Shown one piece after another: positions 57,309 through 64,000 of a stretch of DNA of 64,000 nt. The stretch lies in contig JASGHG010000001.1 in the NCBI GenBank assembly GCA_047602425.1, forward strand, positions 2,528,001 to 2,592,000. Direction: 5' to 3'. Origin of the DNA: Nibricoccus sp. GTDB lineage: Bacteria > Verrucomicrobiota > Verrucomicrobiia > Opitutales > Opitutaceae. The notes beneath the pieces were generated by a model. It did not search any database and was not told the DNA's origin. It worked only from the letters and a program-made list of their open reading frames with translations. Numbering within the stretch: position 1 is the stretch's first letter; every line of letters begins with the position of its first letter. Both the position numbers and the translations under genes were made by a program.

Positions 57309-58583
57309 TTACGTATAAACCAGCAGGCGCTGACTGATGGGATCGATGAGATTGTGGTCGCGGATCTTGGTGATCATCGCGGGGCTGAGGCTTTGGCCTT
57401 CGCCAACCAACAACAGGCCATGCGGACTGTAGAGTCCATTGGCCAGGATCATGCCCGGTTTCAGTTCTTCGAGGAGGATTTCCTTCACCTGACGCGGGAG
57501 CTCAAGCAGATGGGTAACTTTTAGGAAAAGGCGGACAGCTTCGGGATCGAGGGCTTTGCCGGATTCGGCGATGACGGACTCGATGGATTGCTCCTTGGTG
57601 GCGCCGCTTTCGATGAACCAGACGGCGACGGCGAGGCAGCGTGCGGTCCACGGAATCGACATGCCGCTGAGACCGTCGGGGTAGCCCTGGCCGTCGAAAC
57701 GTTCGTGGTGGGCGCGGATGGTTTCGCCCACGGCGGGGTTGCTGTCGACAAAGGAGGCGAGGGTCTGGCTGTAAATCGGATGGCTCTGGATGGTGGTTAG
57801 CTCGCGTTCGCTGAGCCGCTCGGGGGCGGAGCGGAAATTGCGGATCAGGTCGCGGGGAACGCCGATCAAGCCGAGGTCGCAGAGCCAGGCGCTGGCGCGG
57901 AGAACGTGGCGCTCCTCGTCGGAGAAGTGCTCGGTCTCGGCCATCTTCTTCGCGATTTCCACCATGGCTTTGGTTTGGCCGCCGCGGAGCGGATCGTAGG
58001 TGGTGAGGATGCGGGTGCAAAGATCGAGCGAGTGTTCGTAGCTGGTGGCGAGCTCGCGGTTGGCCTTGTCGAGTTCGCGTTTTTGAGCTTCGAGATTTTT
58101 GACCTGCTCGTTCAGCGCGTTGTTGGCGGCGGTGAGCTGTTGGTTGAGGCGCTGGGTCTCGGCGGTGAGGTGGTCGTTCTTGACGATGAGCTCGTACCGG
58201 TTGATCGCGTTTTTGACGGTGGCGGTTAGTTCTTCACGGAGCCAGGGCTTGGCGACGAAGCGGAAGATTTCGCCCTTGTTGATGGCGTCGACGATCGTGG
58301 GCAGCGAGAGGACGGCCGTGATCAGAATACGCGAGCAAAGGGGGCGGAGTTTTTTGCTTTCGATGAGGAAATCGAGCCCGAGCATTTCGGGCATACGCTG
58401 GTCGGAAATGATGACGGCGAATTCGCGGTCGCGAAGAATTTCCAAGGCTTTCAACGCGCTGGTCGTGGCGACGACGTGGTATTTTTCGCGTTCGAGGGTT
58501 TCCTTGAGCGCAGCCAGCACGATGGGCTCATCGTCAACGATGAGCAACGAAGGCGGGGTCGTGATGGCGTTGCTGGGCGTCAT
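57309..58583 (-). CDS. Response regulator with degenerate HD-GYP domain
   Basis: Intact REC (VDDE, SDQRMP, KPW); coiled coil; HHERFDGQGYP retained but HD is replaced by CD. Confidence 0.85.
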   Translation of the reverse strand: MTPSNAITTPPSLLIVDDEPIVLAALKETLEREKYHVVATTSALKALEILRDREFAVIISDQRMPEMLGLDFLIESKKLRPLCSRILITAVLSLPTIVDAINKGEIFRFVAKPWLREELTATVKNAINRYELIVKNDHLTAETQRLNQQLTAANNALNEQVKNLEAQKRELDKANRELATSYEHSLDLCTRILTTYDPLRGGQTKAMVEIAKKMAETEHFSDEERHVLRASAWLCDLGLIGVPRDLIRNFRSAPERLSERELTTIQSHPIYSQTLASFVDSNPAVGETIRAHHERFDGQGYPDGLSGMSIPWTARCLAVAVWFIESGATKEQSIESVIAESGKALDPEAVRLFLKVTHLLELPRQVKEILLEELKPGMILANGLYSPHGLLLVGEGQSLSPAMITKIRDHNLIDPISQRLLVYT

Positions 58584-60634
58584 GGTGTGCGAAGCAATTT
58601 GGCAAAGGGGTCGGCAGCGTCTCGGTCACGTAAACCGGCTGGGAGAAGGAGGTCAACCTGCGATCTTAACGTGGCGGGAAGCTCGTTTGCGCTCTGGTAG
58701 GTGAGGGCGAGAGCGATGGGAAGCCCGGGATGGTCGCGGCGGATTTCCGCGAGGAGAATGCGAAGTTCGGCATCGGCGCGGGCTTGGCGGATAATAACAA
58801 GTTCGAGACGCGAGCCGTCCTCGCGCAGGATGCGGCGGGCATGTTCCTGGGTGGCGACGGTGCGCACTTCCCAATCGGGATGATGGAGTTCGTCGAGGAC
58901 GGTGGACTCCTCCGTCATGCCGGGCTCAAAATAAAGAACCCGCGTGCGGCGAAGGTTCGGTTTGGCGGTGGCCAGTGGCGAACGGGTGCCATGGGCGAGC
59001 GAGAGGTCGGCCAAGGGGAGGACGAGAACGATTTCCGTGCCCTTGTCCGGCGTGCTGCGGGCGGCGATGGTGCCACCATGGGACTCGGCAAAAAGGCGGG
59101 CATGGTATAGACCAAGGCCGGAGCCGCGACGGGACTCCTTGGTGCTGAAGAAAGGATCGAAAATTCGCGGGAGGTGGGCGGGGTCGATGCCCGCTCCATT
59201 GTCGGCAAAGACGAGTTCGATCGAAGGCTGGGTCAGCGGCGCGATGGGCGGAATGGTGTTGGCCAATGGTTGGGCACCGGCTTCGAGGCGGCGAAGCGTC
59301 AGGCGAATGGCGCCGGGCCCGCGCAAGGCATCGCGGGAGTTGAGCGCGAGGTTGACGAGCGTCTGGCGAAAAGCGGTTTCGTCGATGAGGACAGGCCAAT
59401 CGCCTTCGAGAAGCGGACCGGAAAGCTGGGTGCCGCGCGGAAGGATGATCTTGATGAGCTCAAGCTGGTCGCGGACGAGTTTGCCGAGGTTGGCATAGCC
59501 TTTTTCGCCGGTGGCTTCGCGGTTGAGGTCGATAATCTTGCGAAGCAAGCGTTGCGCCTGGGCGGCGTTGTCTTTGATAAGGCCAAGGCCGTTATGAAGC
59601 GGGTGTTTGGAGGCGAGTGTCTTGTGGTAAAGTTCGCTCAGCGAATAAATGCCAGTCATCGCGTCACTGAACTGATCGAGCAGGCCGCTGGTGAGCGTAG
59701 CGATGCTTTCCTTCCAAGCGTGGGTGGTAAGGTGATGTTCGGCAATTTTCTGACGCGTGATGTCGAGCCAGACGCCTTCATAGCCGAGGAGCAATCCGTC
59801 GGCGGAGCGCACGGGGGAACGCACGTCCAGGAGATAGAGATAGGTTCCGGTTTGCGGATTGAGAACGCGGTAGACGAGACTGAAGGGTTTGAGGGACGAA
59901 GCCTGGCGGTCCAACTCCTGGTAATAACCGCCTTCGTCGGCGGGATGGATGAGACGAAGAAGAGCCTGGCTGTCCTTGCTCAACGACTGGCTTTCGAGCC
60001 CCATCAGGGCTTCGCAGCCGGGGCCGATAAAGGCGAACGAAAGATCGGCATGCTGGTGGAAAACGACGCCGGGCAGATGGGCGAGGTAGTGATCCAGCCG
60101 GTTCTCGACCGTGCGCAGACGGAGGAAAATTTTGGCGAAGGTGGCTGGATCGGGGGTGAAGTCGGAGATGCCGGCATGCTTGAGCAAGTCGCGCGGAGCG
60201 AGTTCCGGCACGAGCGTGACATGCATCTGGCCGCCGCAGCGCAGGCGGTGAACGGCGAGCACGAGGCCGGGCAGGCCGGGGGCGATGTCGGGCAGGTAAA
60301 AGGTTTCGTCGGAATCGAAAAGGCTGGAGGGAAGACGATGGCCCCATTCCGGGTGACGACCGGCGAGGACGGTGCGGAGGGATTTGCCGTCGAGACTGGC
60401 GGGGTTGTGAAACCAGGGCTCGTCGCTGGAAAATTGGTGGGCGAGAATGGTGTCGGTGCGGTCGATGACAAAGAGCGCGCAGGTCGCCGGACCACCGGGC
60501 GCGCCGCCAACGCGGCTGGACACGCCCCAAGGCGCGGTAGTGGTTTCGTCAATACGCTGGAAATACGGACGGCGGAGCGGCGAATTGCTGTCCGTGCTGG
60601 CGAAAGGCTGGGAAGAACGGTCAGGAACCGGCAT
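58580..60634 (-). CDS. PAS-containing hybrid histidine-kinase-like protein (degenerate H-box and REC)
   Basis: PAS (IHPAD, DITRQK); HATPase NLALNSRDA, DNGAG, FFSTK, GSGLGL; start MPVPD. Confidence 0.8.
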   Translation of the reverse strand: MPVPDRSSQPFASTDSNSPLRRPYFQRIDETTTAPWGVSSRVGGAPGGPATCALFVIDRTDTILAHQFSSDEPWFHNPASLDGKSLRTVLAGRHPEWGHRLPSSLFDSDETFYLPDIAPGLPGLVLAVHRLRCGGQMHVTLVPELAPRDLLKHAGISDFTPDPATFAKIFLRLRTVENRLDHYLAHLPGVVFHQHADLSFAFIGPGCEALMGLESQSLSKDSQALLRLIHPADEGGYYQELDRQASSLKPFSLVYRVLNPQTGTYLYLLDVRSPVRSADGLLLGYEGVWLDITRQKIAEHHLTTHAWKESIATLTSGLLDQFSDAMTGIYSLSELYHKTLASKHPLHNGLGLIKDNAAQAQRLLRKIIDLNREATGEKGYANLGKLVRDQLELIKIILPRGTQLSGPLLEGDWPVLIDETAFRQTLVNLALNSRDALRGPGAIRLTLRRLEAGAQPLANTIPPIAPLTQPSIELVFADNGAGIDPAHLPRIFDPFFSTKESRRGSGLGLYHARLFAESHGGTIAARSTPDKGTEIVLVLPLADLSLAHGTRSPLATAKPNLRRTRVLYFEPGMTEESTVLDELHHPDWEVRTVATQEHARRILREDGSRLELVIIRQARADAELRILLAEIRRDHPGLPIALALTYQSANELPATLRSQVDLLLPAGLRDRDAADPFAKLLRTP

Positions 60635-61913
60635 GAGCGGAGGACGCGTGGGAAGCGGAGGAGGAGGCCACGGCTTGAATGATGTGGGAGGGAATTTGTT
60701 CGAGGGAAATTTGTCGCTGGGCGGCGCCGTTTTCCCAGGCGGCCCGCGGCATGCCGTAGACGACGGAGGACTCCTCGTCCTGGGCGAAAGTGACGGCACC
60801 CTTTTCGCGGAGACGGAGCAGACCTTCGGCTCCGTCCTTGCCCATGCCGGTGAGGATGCCGGCGATGGCATGCTGGCCGACGAGGTCGGCGGCGGATTTG
60901 AAGAGGATGTCCACGGCAGGGCGTTGATGCCAAACCATGGGGCCATCGGCCACGCGCACGCGATAACCGTCGCCCGCCCACTGGAGCATCATGTGGAAAT
61001 TGCCGGGCGCGACGAGAGCGAGGCCGGGGACGAGCCGGTCGCCGTCAACCGCCTCGCGGACTTCAAAGGCGCAGGAGGCATTGAGACGGTCGGCAAACGC
61101 ACGGGAAAAATGCGCGGGGATATGCTGGACAATGGCGATGCCCGGAAGATCGCCGGGAAGCTGGGTGAGGACGTCGCGAAGGGCTTCGGTGCCGCCGGTC
61201 GACGCGCCCAAAAGAATGAGCCGTCGTGGATGATGGCGTGTGGCGGTGGGAAGAACCGTGAGCTGCGGGCGGGGCGGGAGTGGGGCGACGGGGCGGGACG
61301 CGGCGACGATTGGCGGCTTGGAATTGGTGGGAGCGGCCGGTTGGACTGGAGCTTTGAGATTGGAAATCGGAGAAGGCGCGGGTGGCTTCGCGGGGTTGGC
61401 GGCCGGAGTCGAAGCAGGCGCCGGAAGGGGCGAGGCCGAACCATTTTGGCCCGGTGAAGAGGAGGCGGCGGGCCGGCGGAAAGGCGCGCGAGTCGGGGTG
61501 GGGCGGCGGAGCCGGGCGGTGGCGGCGGTTTTGATCTTGTCGATCAACTGCGGGCCGAGGTCGCCGAAGGAGTAGGCGCCGCCCGGTTTGCCCAACACGT
61601 CGACAGCGCCAAGACGGAGCGCTTCCATCGCATGGTGCGAGCCGGTCTTGGTGAGCGAGCTCATGATGATCACCGGGAGGGGGCGTTCCTCCATGATGAT
61701 TTTCAAAAACGTGAGGCCGTCCATGCGGGGCATCTCGATGTCGAGGGTGAGAACATCGGGTTTGAGCTGCACGATCTTGTCGCGCGCGATGTACGGGTCC
61801 ATGGCCGTGCCAACGACCTCGATTTCGGAATCGTGGGCGAGCGCGTCGCTGACAACCTTTCGGACGACTGCAGAGTCGTCGACGATGAGGACGCGTATTT
61901 TTTTAGAGGGCAT
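60621..61913 (-). CDS. cheB: Chemotaxis methylesterase with long Pro/Ala linker
   Basis: VLIVDDS, LDIEMP, GASTGG, VQHIP, TGMGKDGA. Confidence 0.95.
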   Translation of the reverse strand: MPSKKIRVLIVDDSAVVRKVVSDALAHDSEIEVVGTAMDPYIARDKIVQLKPDVLTLDIEMPRMDGLTFLKIIMEERPLPVIIMSSLTKTGSHHAMEALRLGAVDVLGKPGGAYSFGDLGPQLIDKIKTAATARLRRPTPTRAPFRRPAASSSPGQNGSASPLPAPASTPAANPAKPPAPSPISNLKAPVQPAAPTNSKPPIVAASRPVAPLPPRPQLTVLPTATRHHPRRLILLGASTGGTEALRDVLTQLPGDLPGIAIVQHIPAHFSRAFADRLNASCAFEVREAVDGDRLVPGLALVAPGNFHMMLQWAGDGYRVRVADGPMVWHQRPAVDILFKSAADLVGQHAIAGILTGMGKDGAEGLLRLREKGAVTFAQDEESSVVYGMPRAAWENGAAQRQISLEQIPSHIIQAVASSSASHASSAHAGS

Positions 61914-61996
61914 GGAGGGGAACGGAAAAGGCTGAAAGGCTGAAACTGAGAGTTGGATGGCGGCGATGCGGATTGTTGGAGGTGGCGAGAGGTTGT

Positions 61997-62830
61997 TTAT
62001 TTCAACGGTTTTTGGTAGATCGCCGGCTTGATCATATGAAGCGGATGCTTGATGCCGCTGAGGCTTTCGGAATGACCGACAAAAAGGTAGCCGCCGGGGA
62101 CGAGTTGTTTGGAAAGTTTGTTGACCAGTTCGGTCTGGGTGGGGCGGTCGAAATAAATCATGACGTTGCGGCAGAAGATGACTTGGAACTGTTCGTTGAA
62201 GGGGAAGGCGCCTTCGAGGAGGTTGAGCTGCCGGAAAGTGACACATTCCAGGAGGCTAGGTTTCACGCGGTAATTGCCGTCCTGGGGGCCGAAGCCTTTT
62301 TGGAAGTAGGTTTTGAGGAGATTGGCGGGGACTTTTTTCACCGCTTCCTCGCGATAGATGCCGACGCGGGCTTTTTGAAGGATGCGATGGGAAATATCGG
62401 TGGCCTCGATGCGCCAGGGCCAGTTGTGGTCGGCGCCGAAGAACTGCGACATGGCGATGGCGATGGAGTAGGGCTCTTCGCCGGAGGAACTGGCGGCGCT
62501 CCAGACGTTGCAACGCGGCCAACGTTCGGTGGCGCGGCGCTTGGTCAGTTCCGGGAGGGCATGGTTGGAGAGGAAGTCGAAGTGCTCGTGCTCGCGGAAG
62601 AAATAAGTGTGATTGGTCGAGATCGCATCGATGAGGTGGGCGAGCTCCTCTTCGCCGCCTTCCTTGGCTTGGATGAACCGACAATAGTCGCTGATCGACG
62701 TGATGTTGGTTGCACGCAGGCGTTTGCCGAGGCGCGCGGAAACCAGCTCCTTTTTATCGGGGCCTAAGTTGATTCGACTGTGGCTATAAACCAGTTCGCG
62801 GATGAATTCGTAGTCGCTATCCCGCATCAT
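61997..62830 (-). CDS. cheR: Chemotaxis methyltransferase
   Basis: TNHTYFFRE, WSAASSSGEEPYS, IFCRNVMIYF, GHSESL. Confidence 0.95.
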   Translation of the reverse strand: MMRDSDYEFIRELVYSHSRINLGPDKKELVSARLGKRLRATNITSISDYCRFIQAKEGGEEELAHLIDAISTNHTYFFREHEHFDFLSNHALPELTKRRATERWPRCNVWSAASSSGEEPYSIAIAMSQFFGADHNWPWRIEATDISHRILQKARVGIYREEAVKKVPANLLKTYFQKGFGPQDGNYRVKPSLLECVTFRQLNLLEGAFPFNEQFQVIFCRNVMIYFDRPTQTELVNKLSKQLVPGGYLFVGHSESLSGIKHPLHMIKPAIYQKPLK

Positions 62831-62900
62831 AGTTGGGTTGAGGGTGCTGCGAAAACTATCGGCGCGTTTGAGCGCGAATGTAGACGCACTTGCGCAAATC

Positions 62901-62920
62901 CTCCGGGGGAAACCCCGGAG
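62901..62920. promoter_or_regulatory. Perfect palindrome CTCCGGGG-GAAA-CCCCGGAG in the cheR/flgB divergent region
   Basis: 8-bp arms, about 150 nt upstream of the sigma54 promoter. Confidence 0.4.
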
Positions 62921-63067
62921 ACGATTTCCAAGGTTTGAGAGCGCCCGGCAAAAATTGCCGTGGACGGAACAGGGCGGCTGGGCATTTTGCCCGGTCTCTT
63001 CTAGGGAAAACACCCTGATTTTTTTAATCGGTTGATAACCATGCCGATCTGCGGGTGTTAAGGCGGC

Positions 63068-63083
63068 TGGCACCGCCGTTGCT
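63068..63083 (+). promoter_or_regulatory. Sigma54 (-24/-12) promoter of flgB
   Basis: TGGCAC-CGCCG-TTGCT, an exact consensus match, just upstream of the flgB ATG. Confidence 0.8.
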
Positions 63084-63097
63084 AAATGTGGAGCGCG

Positions 63098-63481
63098 ATG
63101 ATCGATCCAGTATTTCAGTCCGACAATTACCTTTTGGCCCGAAAACTCCTCGACGCCTCGGTGGTGCGGCAGGAGGCCATCGCTTCGAACATCGCCAACG
63201 CCGACACCCCTGGTTACCGCCGCTTGGACGTCGCCGCGGACTTTGCCACGCAACTCCGCACGCGTCTCGAAACCGGCAAAGCTTCCGAGGTCGCCGCGCT
63301 GAAGCCGTCGCTGGTCGAAGATCCTTCCGCCCGTTCCGTCCGTCCCGATGGCAACACCATCGAACTCGAACGCGAGCTTCTGGAAATGAACCGCAATTCC
63401 GTCGAATTCGACTACCTCGCCGAGGTCGTCAGTCGGAACATCAAGCAAATGAAAATGGCGATTTCCGGCCGCGTCCTCTGA
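63098..63481 (+). CDS. flgB: Flagellar basal-body rod protein FlgB
   Basis: IASNIANADTPGY, RPDGNTIELE. Confidence 0.95.
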   Translation: MIDPVFQSDNYLLARKLLDASVVRQEAIASNIANADTPGYRRLDVAADFATQLRTRLETGKASEVAALKPSLVEDPSARSVRPDGNTIELERELLEMNRNSVEFDYLAEVVSRNIKQMKMAISGRVL

Positions 63482-63512
63482 TGCCGACTGAGCTCCCTCT
63501 CAACCCCTACCC

Positions 63513-63938
63513 ATGAACATCATTTCCGGCATCGACATCACCGCAGGCGCGCTGAATGCCCAAAAAACCCGCCTCGACATCGTCGCGCAAAACATCGCCA
63601 ACGCCCAGACGACCCGTGGACCCGACGGTCAACCTTATCACCGCAAAGTCGTTTCGTTCGAAACCGAGCTCGTTCGCCAATCCGGCACGTCGACGCCCGG
63701 CGCCGGCCTGCAAAGTGTTCGCGTCAGCTCCATCAAGGACGACAAATCCGAGGGCCAGAGCCTTTACGATCCGCAGCATCCCGACGCCACGGCCGATGGT
63801 TATGTGAAAATGCCCAACGTGAACATGGCCTACGAAATGATCGACCTCATGACCGCATCCCGCGCCTACGAGGCCAATCTTTCCGTCGTGAAAAACGCCC
63901 GCCAGATGACCATGCGCGCGCTTGAGATCGGCAAGTAG
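63513..63938 (+). CDS. flgC: Flagellar basal-body rod protein FlgC
   Basis: NIANAQTTR, YDPQHPDA, PNVN, ASRAYEAN. Confidence 0.96.
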   Translation: MNIISGIDITAGALNAQKTRLDIVAQNIANAQTTRGPDGQPYHRKVVSFETELVRQSGTSTPGAGLQSVRVSSIKDDKSEGQSLYDPQHPDATADGYVKMPNVNMAYEMIDLMTASRAYEANLSVVKNARQMTMRALEIGK

Positions 63939-63986
63939 TAAAACCTTTCCCCACCGCCAAACCCCGCAACCCGGCCCTTTTTTCCC

Positions 63987-64000
63987 ATGGCTCTCATCGG
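63987..64000 (+). CDS. Start of the next flagellar gene (probably fliE), truncated by the window edge
   Basis: ATG after flgC; identity inferred from synteny only. Confidence 0.3.

Noticed and set aside
61914..63448. Long N-terminal extensions of CheB, CheR and the kinase given by the ORF track
   Set aside because: They overlap neighbouring real genes or promoters; family homology begins at downstream ATGs (61913, 62830, 60634).

Overview
GC-rich bacterial chromosome segment. Gene content and the C/A-rich, SD-poor leaders suggest Verrucomicrobiota (Opitutaceae-like); this is an inference. From left to right: (1) 1-10.3 kb, an exopolysaccharide operon on the minus strand, led by an RfaH/NusG paralogue. 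It encodes a priming transferase, a WbpB/D/E-like amino-sugar trio, a Wzc-like protein, two deacetylases, a GT2 and a FemAB-like GNAT. (2) 11-26.7 kb, a candidate protein O-glycosylation locus: four TMTC-like (GT-C + TPR) membrane glycosyltransferases, two ~20-repeat alpha-solenoid proteins, a DPM-synthase-like GT2, a DUF1573 protein and a secreted Ser/Thr/Gly-rich beta-helix protein. (3) GH43/AraC and ogt/ada-alkA. (4) 33-43.6 kb, an accessory/defence segment: a type I RM system (fused HsdM-S and HsdR) with an ABC-ATPase/DUF4276-TOPRIM pair and an orphan DarG-like macrodomain inserted between the RM genes. It is preceded by an array of 10-bp-phased hexamer repeats. (5) A GH144-like glucanase, an ECF sigma factor, an ABC permease with a duplicated 3' end, and tRNA-Glu. 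(6) purC, then a cheR-cheB-pseudokinase-degenerate HD-GYP-cheD cluster, and a sigma54-driven flgB-flgC(-fliE) operon. No CRISPR array or integrase was seen.
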